Origin: Phycisphaeraceae bacterium
Lineage (GTDB): Bacteria > Planctomycetota > Phycisphaerae > Phycisphaerales > Phycisphaeraceae
Direction: 5' to 3'
Assembly: GCA_963674705.1 (NCBI GenBank)
Contig: OY771506.1
Span: 2,400,001 to 2,464,000, forward strand
DNA: 64,000 bases
Part shown: in pieces, positions 28,867 through 39,044 of the stretch
Numbering within the stretch: the stretch's first letter is position 1
Layout: every line of letters begins with the position of its first letter
Translations under genes and position numbers: made by a program
The notes under the pieces: generated by a model
What the model saw: the letters and a program-made list of their open reading frames with translations, nothing else
The model's database searches: none
What the model was told of the DNA's origin: nothing

Positions 28867-29886
28867 TTATGTGGGGATGGGGTGCTCTTGTATTTTCTGT
28901 ATGCCCTTTGCCATGAAATCACGGAACTGTTGGGCGCTGGTGATGTCCTGAATGTCGCGGCGGAGGCCGGGCCAGGGTTGCAGGTGGGGGCTGTACCAGC
29001 TCATGCGGCGTTTGATGGTGTTCAGCGCGATGCGTTCATCTCGCATGGAGAGCAGGTTTTCAAAGTGCTGGATAACGAGCCTGGCGCGATCGATACGGGG
29101 GAAGGGCGGGGGGAACTGGCCCGTGGCGAGGTAGTGGGCGGTGTCGCGGAAGAGCCAGGGTTGGCCCAGCGCGCCGCGGCCGATCATAACGCCGTCGCAG
29201 CCGGTCAGGTCGATCATGCGTTTGGCGTCGTGAGGGGTTTTGATATCGCCGTTGCCGATGACGGGGATGGTGTATCGTTGTTTGACCGAGGCGACGACAT
29301 CGGCGATGCCCTCGAGACGGGCGGTGCCTCTGAACTTCTGTTCGGTGGTTCGGCCGTGCACGGTGATGGCGGCGATGCCGATGTCGGCCAGGGCGGGGGG
29401 CAGCGTGCTGGTGATGATCTGAGAGTCATCCCAACCGAGGCGGATCTTGGCGGTGACGGGGACTTTGACGGCGTCGACGATCTGCCTGGCGAGTTTGACG
29501 GTGTTGCGCGGGTCGCAGAGGAGGGTGGACCCGCCGTTCTTCTTGGTGACTTTATCGACGGGACAGCCCATGTTGATGTCGATGGTGGTCGCACCGTGGG
29601 CCTCGGCCCATTTGGCGGCCTCTGCCATGATGCTGCCATCCGCGCCGTAGAGCTGCATGCAGATGGGCTGGTCGTCGGGGGATGTTGCGGCGAGCCAGAG
29701 GGATTTTTGGTTTTCGTTGAGGACGGCCTGCGGGCAGAGCAGGTCGGTGCAGGCGAGGCCGAGCGTGCCGTGACCGGCGTAGTCAGGGACGGAGCGGACA
29801 ACGAGCCTGAACGCCAGATCGCAGTAGCCCGCGATCGGGGCAAGCAACAGATTTGTCTTTAGTTGGACATCACCTATCTTTAACAC
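28867..29886 (-). CDS. dusB: tRNA-dihydrouridine synthase B
   Basis: LAPIAG, IDINMGCP, VTAKIRLGW, VHGRT, GNGDI, GVMIGRGALGQPW. Confidence 0.93.
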   Translation of the reverse strand: MLKIGDVQLKTNLLLAPIAGYCDLAFRLVVRSVPDYAGHGTLGLACTDLLCPQAVLNENQKSLWLAATSPDDQPICMQLYGADGSIMAEAAKWAEAHGATTIDINMGCPVDKVTKKNGGSTLLCDPRNTVKLARQIVDAVKVPVTAKIRLGWDDSQIITSTLPPALADIGIAAITVHGRTTEQKFRGTARLEGIADVVASVKQRYTIPVIGNGDIKTPHDAKRMIDLTGCDGVMIGRGALGQPWLFRDTAHYLATGQFPPPFPRIDRARLVIQHFENLLSMRDERIALNTIKRRMSWYSPHLQPWPGLRRDIQDITSAQQFRDFMAKGIQKIQEHPIPT

Positions 29887-29915
29887 GGCATTATTATAAA
29901 CCCGGCATCTATCCA

Positions 29916-29932
29916 GCCGCTTACGGCTTAGC
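29916..29932 (-). repeat. REP-like GCTAAGCCGTAAGCGGC copy
   Basis: In the divergent dusB/pyk spacer. Confidence 0.7.
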
Positions 29933-29984
29933 GATCTGTTAAGTCTCTAAACCAGTTCTCTCAACCCTTCGATATACTCCTGCC

Positions 29985-31397
29985 ATGCAAGAAACACGAC
30001 GCACCAAGATTATTTCGACGATCGGACCTGCCACGAACAACCCCGCAATGATTGAGAAACTTGTCGCGGCGGGGGTGAACGTCTTCCGGTTGAACATGAG
30101 CCACGCCAGCCACGAGCAGGCGAAGGCCGATACGCTGGCCATCCGTGCCGCTGCCGAGAAACTCGGCAAGACGGTGGCGGTATTGATGGACACGCAAGGC
30201 CCGGCGATCCGCACCGGTGAACTGGCGACCGAGTTAAACCTCGAACCGGGCCAGGTGATCGCGCTGACCGTGCGCGGCGAACATTCCGAAGAGTACACGT
30301 CCGTTGATGTCAATTACGATGACCTGGTCAACGATATCGCGGTGGGCGATGTGGTGGTGGTCGATAACGGCACGATCAAGCTCAAGGTACTCAAGAAGAA
30401 ACACAACCAGCTTGAGTGCGAAGTGTTGACCGAAGGCATTCTGGGTTCGCGTCGGCATATCAACCTGCCGGGCGTGCGCGTGAACCTGCCGGCGCTGACG
30501 GACAAGGACATCGATGACATCGAACTGGGTATCGAGATCGGCGTGGACTGGTTCGCGATGTCTTTCGTCAGGCAGGCGGAGGATGTGCAGCGGCTGCGAG
30601 CGATTCTGGATTACCGCAAAGCACCGCAGAAGATCTGCGCCAAGCTGGAAGATCAGCAGGGGGCCGCGAACATTGATGAAATTATCCGTGTTGCTGATGC
30701 GGTGATGATCGCGCGTGGGGATTTGGGTATCGAGGTGCCTTACGAGGAGTTGCCGATTCTTCAGCGTAAGGTTGCCAAGCGATGTGTCTCCCAGGGCAAG
30801 CCATTTGTGATCGCGACACATATGCTGGAGTCGATGATCGATACCCCCTCGCCGACACGTGCGGAGGTGACGGACGTGGCGAACGCGGTGTTTGAGCAGG
30901 CGGATGCGATCATGCTGTCGGGGGAGACGAGTGTCGGCAAATATCCCTTGGCGTGTGTGGATGTGATGGACCGGATCGCACGACGGATCGAGCGTTCGGG
31001 TGCGGCGGGTTTTGAAAAAGATGCAGTGATCGAGGACCCGGACGCGAAGATCGTGCGTCAGGCGGCGGACGTGGCGCGTGAACTGAAAGCGACCGCGTTG
31101 GTTGTATTTACTCGCACCGGCCGCATGGCACACCACGCCGCATGGACGCGCATGCTGGACTGCCCGATCTTTGCGTTTACGAATAATCCCACGTTGCTAC
31201 CGCAGCTTGCGCTGTTATGGAGCGTGCATCCGACATATTTAGACTTCAACGACGACCCGAACCAGACCGTGCACGATGCCGGCAATATCCTGTTGCATCG
31301 CGAGCACATCGCCGAGGGTGATACGGTGGTTTTTGTTTCCGAGGCAACGATCAAAGACAAACGCGTGGACACGATCCAGATCGAGCGGTTGGGGTAA
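29985..31397 (+). CDS. pyk: Pyruvate kinase
   Basis: RRTKIISTIGPA, FRLNMSH, MIARGDLGIE, PTRAEVTDVANAV, MLSGETSVGKYP. Confidence 0.97.
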   Translation: MQETRRTKIISTIGPATNNPAMIEKLVAAGVNVFRLNMSHASHEQAKADTLAIRAAAEKLGKTVAVLMDTQGPAIRTGELATELNLEPGQVIALTVRGEHSEEYTSVDVNYDDLVNDIAVGDVVVVDNGTIKLKVLKKKHNQLECEVLTEGILGSRRHINLPGVRVNLPALTDKDIDDIELGIEIGVDWFAMSFVRQAEDVQRLRAILDYRKAPQKICAKLEDQQGAANIDEIIRVADAVMIARGDLGIEVPYEELPILQRKVAKRCVSQGKPFVIATHMLESMIDTPSPTRAEVTDVANAVFEQADAIMLSGETSVGKYPLACVDVMDRIARRIERSGAAGFEKDAVIEDPDAKIVRQAADVARELKATALVVFTRTGRMAHHAAWTRMLDCPIFAFTNNPTLLPQLALLWSVHPTYLDFNDDPNQTVHDAGNILLHREHIAEGDTVVFVSEATIKDKRVDTIQIERLG

Positions 31398-31411
31398 TGA
31401 TGTGTTAAGTC

Positions 31412-31442
31412 GCGTGGATCGCTGAAGCGACCACGCCGGGGG
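31412..31442 (+). repeat. Palindromic repeat GCGTGGATxGCTxAAGCGxCCACGCCGGGGG
   Basis: Second copy at 50445-50475; related hairpin at ~13408-13435. Confidence 0.7.
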
Positions 31443-31474
31443 AGTCAATACTAGGGTTTTATTGAAGAAAAACT

Positions 31475-32398
31475 TTATTCGCTTGGCGCTTTGAGCTCGT
31501 CCCGGTTGTCGCATTCAAGCCACTTCATGGTCGGCTCGGTCCAGCGACGGACGGCTTCGAGGTCGGCGGGGTCGGCTTCGTCGAAACGGCGGTTGGGGAC
31601 GTTGCGGTTGAACTTGGATTCGGCGTATTCGGTCAGCGGATCGCATGGGCTCAGTTCGCAGAAGTCCAGCAGTTTTTTGACGCCTTCCATTGAGAAGGTT
31701 TCAAGGCGGAATTCACAGTAACGATCGTTCGGCATGGTTCGGCCGTACAGGCACGCCTGCTCCACGCATGCGCGCCATTGCATGGCACAGATTTCCATCA
31801 ATGGCAGTTCATTGAGCATCCCGCGCATGCCTGGCAGGCGTGGGCCCCAGATATTGGTGCCGACCAGGCCCTTAAACGGTTTGGGCATCGATCGGCGGAT
31901 GACTTCCATGCCATAGTAGGGCAGTCGGCTAAGTTGAATTTCTTTCAGTCGCTGCGTGATCCGCCCCTTGGCTAAGCCGCGCATCCCGCTGGCGTGCCTT
32001 GTCCACAGGTCGTGGATCGCCAGCGTGCCCGAGACGCCGTCGCGGATCATGTGGATGATCTTGCAGTCGGGCATCACGCGGTCGATGAAGCCCAGCCGTA
32101 GTGAGTTGCTCGGCGTTTTTTCAAGCAGCCGGCTGCGGCCTTCTTCTTTGACGGCCTTTGCAAACGTGTCGCGGATATAGCGGACAACCTCCGGCCGAGC
32201 GTCCGAAGGCTGGAACTGATCGGACTTGCGGTCGTTGCCATAGCGCCAGGTCAACCGTGGTTCTTCGACATACAACACGTCAGGATGCTTGGAGAGGATG
32301 TCCCCCATGAGCGTTGTACCGGATCGTGGGGCGCCGATGATGATGATCGGTTTATAGAGAACGTCTTTCTGGTCCGACTGTGTTGGGGTCATGCCCAT
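31475..32398 (-). CDS. PAPS-dependent sulfotransferase
   Basis: IIGAPRSGTT (5'-PSB), EKTP, IHMIRDG. Confidence 0.9.
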   Translation of the reverse strand: MGMTPTQSDQKDVLYKPIIIIGAPRSGTTLMGDILSKHPDVLYVEEPRLTWRYGNDRKSDQFQPSDARPEVVRYIRDTFAKAVKEEGRSRLLEKTPSNSLRLGFIDRVMPDCKIIHMIRDGVSGTLAIHDLWTRHASGMRGLAKGRITQRLKEIQLSRLPYYGMEVIRRSMPKPFKGLVGTNIWGPRLPGMRGMLNELPLMEICAMQWRACVEQACLYGRTMPNDRYCEFRLETFSMEGVKKLLDFCELSPCDPLTEYAESKFNRNVPNRRFDEADPADLEAVRRWTEPTMKWLECDNRDELKAPSE

Positions 32399-32595
32399 AT
32401 CCTAGCAATTCCTGCTCATTCGACCCCGGCTTAACGATCATGAGAAAGCAGGTTTACGGCAAATTAATAACGGGCTCATTTTACAGGCATTTATCTTGGG
32501 CGCACAAATGGATTGCGAGTCGATCTCATGCATGATTCCTGCATATACGCGCTGAATTTTCCCATCCTGACACCGCGGGCATCATGCAATGTCGG

Positions 32596-33360
32596 TTAAT
32601 GCCAGGTTGTCGGGTCCTGTTGGTAGAAGTCTTTGAGCAGGTCATAGAGGGCGGGGTGTTTGTGTTTGAATTGTCTGGGCTTCTCGAAAAACGCTTCTGT
32701 GATGACAGCGAAAAATTCGGCGGGGTTGGTTGAGCCGTAGGCGTCGATGAAGGTTCTGCGGTGTTTTTCAAGATCGTCACGCAGCACGTCGTACTCGTGT
32801 TGCATGATGCGTGCCCAGGGTTTGTACATGCTGCGTTTCGCCAGGGCGGGGGCACCGTCGGTGTCGCCGTCTTCGTCGTCGAGTTGGTGGGCGAATTCGT
32901 GGAGAGTGACGTTTCGGCCGTCATCGGGGTTGTATGCGCCGTGGCGGACATCATCCCATGAGAGCACGACGGGACCGCGGTGCCAGGATTCGCCAAGTCG
33001 GGTTTGTTGCGCTTCGACGACGATGCCGGCACCGATGTGCTGTTTCTGGATGGAAGCGTACTTGCTGGGGTAGACGAGGATGGTTTTCAGGTGCGGGAAG
33101 TAATCGGTGTCACGGTGCAGTAAGAGCAGGCATGCCTGGGCGGCGATGGTGACGCGGACTTCGTCTGTGATCTGCTGGCCGGCGCAGCCCTCGAAGCGTT
33201 TTTCGTGGAGGAAGATGCGGATGTGGTTTTGCAGTTCGGCTTTATCTTCGTCAGAAAGTTGGTTGTAGATCGAGACGTTCTGCTCGAGGATGCGCAGCCA
33301 CTTCGGGGGGAAGGGTTTTTCGCAGAGGCGTGCGCGGCGGCGGTGTTTGAATCCGAACAT
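32596..33360 (-). CDS. Zinc-dependent peptidase M90 (MtfA family)
   Basis: IAAQACLL, GESW, HEFAHQLD, YGSTNPAEFFAV. Confidence 0.92.
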   Translation of the reverse strand: MFGFKHRRRARLCEKPFPPKWLRILEQNVSIYNQLSDEDKAELQNHIRIFLHEKRFEGCAGQQITDEVRVTIAAQACLLLLHRDTDYFPHLKTILVYPSKYASIQKQHIGAGIVVEAQQTRLGESWHRGPVVLSWDDVRHGAYNPDDGRNVTLHEFAHQLDDEDGDTDGAPALAKRSMYKPWARIMQHEYDVLRDDLEKHRRTFIDAYGSTNPAEFFAVITEAFFEKPRQFKHKHPALYDLLKDFYQQDPTTWH

Positions 33361-33380
33361 GAGGGGATTGTATGGGGAAG

Positions 33381-33411
33381 AAAAAGCCCACGTTCGACGG
33401 ACGTGGGCTTC
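33381..33411 (-). terminator. Intrinsic terminator after folC (repeat-derived hairpin)
   Basis: Minus strand GAAGCCCACGTCCGTCGAACGTGGGCTTTTT. Confidence 0.65.
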
Positions 33412-33440
33412 GGGGTGGCTGTGGTTGTGATTGTTACGAA

Positions 33441-34934
33441 TTACCTTCTTGGTCGCGGCTTGTTGGCGGCGTCCTGGAAGTATTTGCGGGCTTCACCGGC
33501 GAGGTAGAAGCTGCCGGTGATGATGATCAGGTCCTCACGGCTGACCGCACTGGCGGCGAGCTTGAGGGCGTCCTTGAAGGTGGACGCGGTCTGAACCATC
33601 TTGCCTGAGATCTCGTTGAATTTAGTCTGCAGCTCTTCCGGCTCAACCGCGCGGGGGTTGCTCTTAGCGCGGGTGAAGATGATCTTGTCGGCGCCAAGCG
33701 AAACCTGCTTGAGCATGCCGGGCACGTCCTTGTCCTGGCCGCAGCCGAAGATCATCACCAGCGAGTCGTAGCTGATGTGAGCGCCGAGCGAGCGGATCAG
33801 TGCCTGGATTGAGTGGGCGTTGTGAGCGCCGTCGATCAAGACGCGGGGCTGGTCCCAGACCTGCTCCATCCGGCCGTGCAGTTCGGTGGCGGCGAGGCCC
33901 TCGATGACTTTTTCTTCCGGGAGGTTGAAGCCGTGACTTCGCAGCTTATCGAGCATCGCCAAGGCAAGGCCGCAGTTGTAAGCCTGGTGTTCACCCCGCA
34001 GCGGAACAGGCAGGTGCTCGAACCGGCTTGTCGGTGTGGTCAGGCAGACGCGCGTGTGCGGGCCCAATTCGCGGTTGGCTTCGAAGCGATAGGAAAAGTC
34101 GATCTCTTCGCCGGTCGTTTCCAGCGGAGCGCCTACGGCTTCGGCGGTGCTCTTGAGCACTTCCGCGACCTCCGGCTCCTGGGCAACGGTCAGCGAGGGG
34201 ATGTCCTTCTTGAAGATGCCTGCTTTTTCGCGGGCGATCTCGGGCAGCGTCTCGCCGAGGATGTTCATGTGGTCGTAGCTGATGTGGGTGATACCGCTGA
34301 CCAGCGGGTCGACCACGGTCGTGCAGTCCAGCCGACCGCCTAGGCCGGTCTCGAGTACGGCGACGTCAACCGCCTGGTCCGCGAAGTAGCGCAGGGCGGT
34401 AGCGGTCATGATTTCGAAGAACGTCGGCGGGGTCGCGCCGAGGACTTTTTCCTTGGCGGCAATCAGCTTGAAGATCTCGGCGACCTCGTTGTAGCTGATC
34501 ATGGTGCCGTCGATGGTGATGCGTTCGCGCAGGTCGATCAGGTGCGGGCTGGTGTAGAGCCCGACGGTGTAACCGCAGGCGCGGAGCATGCTGGCGAGCA
34601 TGGCGCAGGTCGAGCCTTTGCCCTTGGTGCCGGCGACTTGCACGGCCTTGAGCTGCTGATGGGGGTTGCCGAGGACATCCAAAAGCCGCCGCATCCGCGC
34701 GAGGCTGAAGGTGCGCTCGTCATACTTGACCATCCGCATGCGCTCGTGATCGATGTGCTCATAGAGCCACCGCAGGGCGGTGGTGTAGTTGGTAATCCGA
34801 GTACTCGATGCAGGCTGCGCGGCAGGTTTACGGGCCGGTTTGGCGGTAGACCTGCTCTTTGTGGTTGTTTTCGTAGCCGTTGTCTTATTCGAGCCCCTGG
34901 ACGTCTTCGCGTTTCGACGCGTTGAGGTAGGCAT
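33441..34934 (-). CDS. folC: Folylpolyglutamate synthase/dihydrofolate synthase
   Basis: VAGTKGKGST, YTSPHL, ETGLGGRLD, DHM, DGAHN; basic N-terminal extension; start ATG 34934. Confidence 0.95.
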   Translation of the reverse strand: MPTSTRRNAKTSRGSNKTTATKTTTKSRSTAKPARKPAAQPASSTRITNYTTALRWLYEHIDHERMRMVKYDERTFSLARMRRLLDVLGNPHQQLKAVQVAGTKGKGSTCAMLASMLRACGYTVGLYTSPHLIDLRERITIDGTMISYNEVAEIFKLIAAKEKVLGATPPTFFEIMTATALRYFADQAVDVAVLETGLGGRLDCTTVVDPLVSGITHISYDHMNILGETLPEIAREKAGIFKKDIPSLTVAQEPEVAEVLKSTAEAVGAPLETTGEEIDFSYRFEANRELGPHTRVCLTTPTSRFEHLPVPLRGEHQAYNCGLALAMLDKLRSHGFNLPEEKVIEGLAATELHGRMEQVWDQPRVLIDGAHNAHSIQALIRSLGAHISYDSLVMIFGCGQDKDVPGMLKQVSLGADKIIFTRAKSNPRAVEPEELQTKFNEISGKMVQTASTFKDALKLAASAVSREDLIIITGSFYLAGEARKYFQDAANKPRPRR

Positions 34935-35056
34935 GGCATCATGATAACAAGAAACACATGCTGCGTCAAATGACAAAGTCTAACTTATTTATATACAAGC
35001 ATTTAGGCGGGTTAGTCAAATTGGTCGCGGAGGGGATAATTATATAATATAACGCT

Positions 35057-36457
35057 TTACTTAACCTTCTCGATCCGTTCCTGACCGTTCATGTAGGGAC
35101 GCAGGGCGGCGGGGATGCTGACGCTGCCATCCTCGTTCTGATATAGCTCAAGGATTGGAACAAGGATGCGCGGGCTGGCGGCGACCGTGTTGTTGAGGCT
35201 GTGGCAGAAGACGGGCTTCTTGGTTTCGGGGTCGCGGTAGCGCAGGTTCAGGCGTCGGCACTGGTAATCATAGAGCCGGCTGGCGGAGTGGGTTTCGCCG
35301 TAAGCGCCGGTGGGTCGGCCGTTCTCGTCTTCGGGGCCGCGGCCGGGCATCCAGCTTTCGATATCGATCATGTCCGCATTCTTTGGTCCCAGGTCGCCGG
35401 TGCAGCATTGCAGCAGGCGGTAGGGGATTTCAAGGCGCTTAAGCAGCGTCTCGACGAAGCTCATCATTTTCTTGTGCCAGTCGCGGGAGACCAGTTCGCT
35501 GGCTTCGCAGATGACGACCTGCTCGACCTTGTCGAACTGGTGGACGCGGAAGACGCCGGCGGTGTCTTTGCCGGCCGCGCCGGCTTCGCGACGGAAACAG
35601 GTGCTGACCGTGGTGTAGCACAGTGGTAGTTGATCTGCGTTTAGTAGTTCACCCTGGTGGTAACCCATCAGGCCGACCTCGCCGGTGCCGGTGAGGTAGA
35701 GGTCGTAGCCGCCGCCGCGTTCGGTTTCCTTGACTTCGTAAGCCTGGTCTTTGCCTTCGGGGAAGAAACCGGTGCCGACCATGCACTCATCGCGGACGAT
35801 GACGGGCACGCTTAGTGGGGTGAAGCCGTTTTCGTTGATCATGAAGTCGAAGGCGAGGCGGAGGATTGCCTGGTGCAGGCGCATGCCGTTGCCGGTCAGG
35901 ACGTAGCTTCGGCTGCCGGCCATCTTGACGCCGCGCTCGAAGTCGAACAGGCCCAAGGTTTCGCCGAGTTCCATATGGGCCTTGGGAGCAAAGCCCTTGT
36001 TCTGCTCGAAGCTTTTAGCCGGATCGAACCAGTCGGGGTGCCAACTGCTGAGTTCGACGTTGTCATCGGCGCTTTGGCCGACGGGGACATCCGGATCAGC
36101 CGGTTGAGGGACGCGCATCCACAGTTCGAGTCGCTTCTGCTCGAGTGCGGCGTTTTGATCGGCGAGCTTAGCCAACTCTTCGTTGATCTGATCGGGTCGG
36201 GCCTTGAGTTGTTGCATCTGTTGCTGGAGAGCTTCGCGTTCGGCGGCATCGGCTTTTTTGAGCTTGCCGGCGATCTGCCCGATCTGCTTGCTGATCTGGT
36301 TTTTCTCAGCGGTGAGTTGCTCGCGCTGGGTGATCAGCGGACGCAATTCGGCATCGGCTGCCAGCAGGTCTTCCACCAGGGAAGCGGGGTATCCCTTCTG
36401 GGGAAGGCCCTTGCGGTACTTGTCGGGGTTGGCTCGAAGGTCTTTGAGGTCGATCAT
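35057..36457 (-). CDS. serS: Serine--tRNA ligase
   Basis: MIDLKDLR start, LTGTGEV, CFRREAG, RVHQFDKVEQ, HSLNNT. Confidence 0.97.
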   Translation of the reverse strand: MIDLKDLRANPDKYRKGLPQKGYPASLVEDLLAADAELRPLITQREQLTAEKNQISKQIGQIAGKLKKADAAEREALQQQMQQLKARPDQINEELAKLADQNAALEQKRLELWMRVPQPADPDVPVGQSADDNVELSSWHPDWFDPAKSFEQNKGFAPKAHMELGETLGLFDFERGVKMAGSRSYVLTGNGMRLHQAILRLAFDFMINENGFTPLSVPVIVRDECMVGTGFFPEGKDQAYEVKETERGGGYDLYLTGTGEVGLMGYHQGELLNADQLPLCYTTVSTCFRREAGAAGKDTAGVFRVHQFDKVEQVVICEASELVSRDWHKKMMSFVETLLKRLEIPYRLLQCCTGDLGPKNADMIDIESWMPGRGPEDENGRPTGAYGETHSASRLYDYQCRRLNLRYRDPETKKPVFCHSLNNTVAASPRILVPILELYQNEDGSVSIPAALRPYMNGQERIEKVK

Positions 36458-36730
36458 GGCGTTTACGTCTGGTAATAATCGGGGGTCTGGCCCGCATTCG
36501 GGCTTGGTCTGGCTGTCATGGTAGCCGGGTAGCGCGGGATGTCGAACCGCAGGGCCTTTCGTGCGTCTGATATTGGTATGGTCGGCAATCGGACGTTTAC
36601 TCGGTGAGTAGCGTCGATTGACTCGGCCTGCCGATACCAAAACGGGAAGGTGCTTGAATATCCGATGATTATCGGGCACACATCGCCCGTTTGGGCGGAT
36701 ACAATAATCGGTTCTCCCAACTTTGCATCT

Positions 36731-38959
36731 ATGAACGGTTTGATCATGATACAGCGAACGATCAGTGGACAATATCAGCGGACCTTAGCCACACTGCTTG
36801 CCTGCCTGATGGTGGTGTTGAGTATTGCGGGTAATCAGCGGGCGATTGCTCAAAGCGACAGCTTCACGCCGCCGCAATCATCGCCTGTGACCGAGGCCTG
36901 GTCTCGGCTGACATCGGATGGTCTGGGTCTGGCCGAGCGTGCGACTGCGGCGACCGAACTCTTGAACATGAACAACGACGAGGCGACCAGCGCGCTGGCG
37001 CTGGCATTGACGACGCAGCAGAGCAAGATCGGCTGGCGTGCAGTGATCCAGGCAGTGGCGATGTATCCGGAGAATCCGCCGAAGGAGTTGGCCTCCCCGC
37101 TGATCGGCCTGTTAGGTCAGGTGGATCCGGCGTTGTCGGAGGACTTGGCTGCTGCGCTAGGCAGGTTTGATCAATCAGATGTGATCCGGCAGTTACAGAA
37201 AATCGCTGAAAGTGACCGCGAAACGATCGACCGTCGGTGTGGTGCGATTCTGGCGTTGGGCCACGACCGTACGACGCAGACCGCGGGCCTGTTGATGGAA
37301 CTGACAGATCCGAGCGAGCCGGAACAGGTGCAGCAGACCGCGTTCAAGGCATTGGGCATCCTCACCGCGTTGGATCATTACGACGCGGACCGTCAGGCGT
37401 GGGAAGCTTGGTGGAAGAAGAACAAGGGATTATGGGCCAAGGAATGGACGGAACATATCCTCGAGAATTTTGAACGCCGTGAGTCAAGGCGACGGGCGCG
37501 CGATCATCAACTCGAAGACAAGCTGCTGGAATCGCAGCGAGCGTTGTACCAGGCTAACTCCCCGCAGGGTCGGCCGGACGTGCTGGTGTACATGCTGCGT
37601 GATCCGCTGACGCCGATCCGGCAACTGGGCATGGACCTGACGCGCCAGCGTTTGCTGGACGATCTGGAATTCGCCGAGCCGTTGCGTGAGGCGTTGCGTG
37701 GGCGGTTGACCGATCCGGTGCCGACGATCCGGGCCGATGCGGCGCTGCGTTTACGAGACCTGGCGGATGCGAAGTCTGCACAGATTGTTGCCAGCCGGTT
37801 GGGTCAGGAGCAGGAACAGGTGTCGTCGGTATTGGTTGCGTTCCTGCGTCTGATGGCGCGTATGCCGCAGGCGGAGGCGGTGGACCCGGCGGTCGAGTTT
37901 TTGAATGACGAGGCGTTGCGTGCGGATGCGGCGGCGTCGCTGGCGGCTGCGTTCGATGCAGGGTTGATGAGCCGATCGCAGATCAATCGTGCGGCAAAAC
38001 AGGCTCGAAAGTATGTTGTGGATGGTCAGCCACCCGAGCCGTCGGTGATCACGTTGATGGGCAAGGTGGGCAACCAGAAGGACTGGGAAGACATCGCGGT
38101 CTGGGTGGATAATCAAGATACGGCAGTGAAGCAGGCGGCGGCGCGAGCGTGGGCGGATTCGGATCGTCCATTGAATCACCTGGCGGATCGGATTACGGAC
38201 CCGGTGATCGAGCCGATCCTGATCGGGGCAGCGGCCCGCCGGGGCACACGTGCCTATACGCTTAATGCTCTGACACAGAACCGCCCGCAACGCGACAGCA
38301 ATAACGAAGCGTGGCGGCAGGCTTTGGTGGCGATGTCGGGACGCGTGCCCGCCGACTCCGTGCTCATTACCAATCGGCAACTTGCGGATATGGGCGAGAC
38401 GACACAGTTGCGTCTGGATGTTCTTTCAGCAGCGATTAACCGGGAGCAGCAGGAATCGATCACGCCTGCCGATCGGCTCGAACTGCTATTAACGCGTGGT
38501 GAAGTATTACTTGAAGCGGAAGACCCCTCGTCTGCACTTGCTGACTTCCAGACGGTTGAATCACAAGCCTCGGAGTTATCTGCAAAACAGAATGACCGAT
38601 TGGGGCGCGGCTTGATCCGCGCTTACCTGCTGGTCGGGCAGATCGATCAGGCGTTTGAAGTGGCTCGCAGGGTGCTGGGGGCTGAAGGCAGCGGTATCTC
38701 GCCGACCGATGACCGGATTGTCGAACAGTTCATTCAGACCGCTCAACGTCTGCGTCAGCAGAATCGTAAGGAAGAAGTAGCGAAGATCACGACTCAACTT
38801 CGCGACCTGCTCAAACCCGCGATCAAGCCGGAGGTCGGCGCTCAGATTGTGAATCTTGAAGCCTGGCTGAATGGATCGGGCGCCGATACGCCGCCGTTGA
38901 GTGCTGCGGACGATAGCGAGGCGGGCGGCTCATCAGATAGTGATAACAAAGCCGAATAA
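36731..38959 (+). CDS. Exported HEAT/TPR-like helical repeat protein
   Basis: Signal peptide, HEAT-like units (DPVPTIRADAALRL), WEAWW motif; start uncertain (36650-36746). Confidence 0.8.
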   Translation: MNGLIMIQRTISGQYQRTLATLLACLMVVLSIAGNQRAIAQSDSFTPPQSSPVTEAWSRLTSDGLGLAERATAATELLNMNNDEATSALALALTTQQSKIGWRAVIQAVAMYPENPPKELASPLIGLLGQVDPALSEDLAAALGRFDQSDVIRQLQKIAESDRETIDRRCGAILALGHDRTTQTAGLLMELTDPSEPEQVQQTAFKALGILTALDHYDADRQAWEAWWKKNKGLWAKEWTEHILENFERRESRRRARDHQLEDKLLESQRALYQANSPQGRPDVLVYMLRDPLTPIRQLGMDLTRQRLLDDLEFAEPLREALRGRLTDPVPTIRADAALRLRDLADAKSAQIVASRLGQEQEQVSSVLVAFLRLMARMPQAEAVDPAVEFLNDEALRADAAASLAAAFDAGLMSRSQINRAAKQARKYVVDGQPPEPSVITLMGKVGNQKDWEDIAVWVDNQDTAVKQAAARAWADSDRPLNHLADRITDPVIEPILIGAAARRGTRAYTLNALTQNRPQRDSNNEAWRQALVAMSGRVPADSVLITNRQLADMGETTQLRLDVLSAAINREQQESITPADRLELLLTRGEVLLEAEDPSSALADFQTVESQASELSAKQNDRLGRGLIRAYLLVGQIDQAFEVARRVLGAEGSGISPTDDRIVEQFIQTAQRLRQQNRKEEVAKITTQLRDLLKPAIKPEVGAQIVNLEAWLNGSGADTPPLSAADDSEAGGSSDSDNKAE

Positions 38960-38995
38960 GTCTTCATTATCAAAATTGCAGATTTACAAAGCATC

Positions 38996-39012
38996 GCTAA
39001 GCCGCAAGCGGC
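38996..39012 (+). repeat. REP-like GCTAAGCCGCAAGCGGC copy
   Basis: Between convergent genes. Confidence 0.75.
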
Positions 39013-39044
39013 TTCGTGGGACTTTATGTGGCAGTACCGGTTGC

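Noticed and set aside
36458..36772. N-terminal extensions of serS (and thrC, tyrS, typA, hisG, PuuD-like) in the ORF track
   Set aside because: Family-typical N-termini begin at downstream ATGs, and the extensions overlap divergent genes or repeats.
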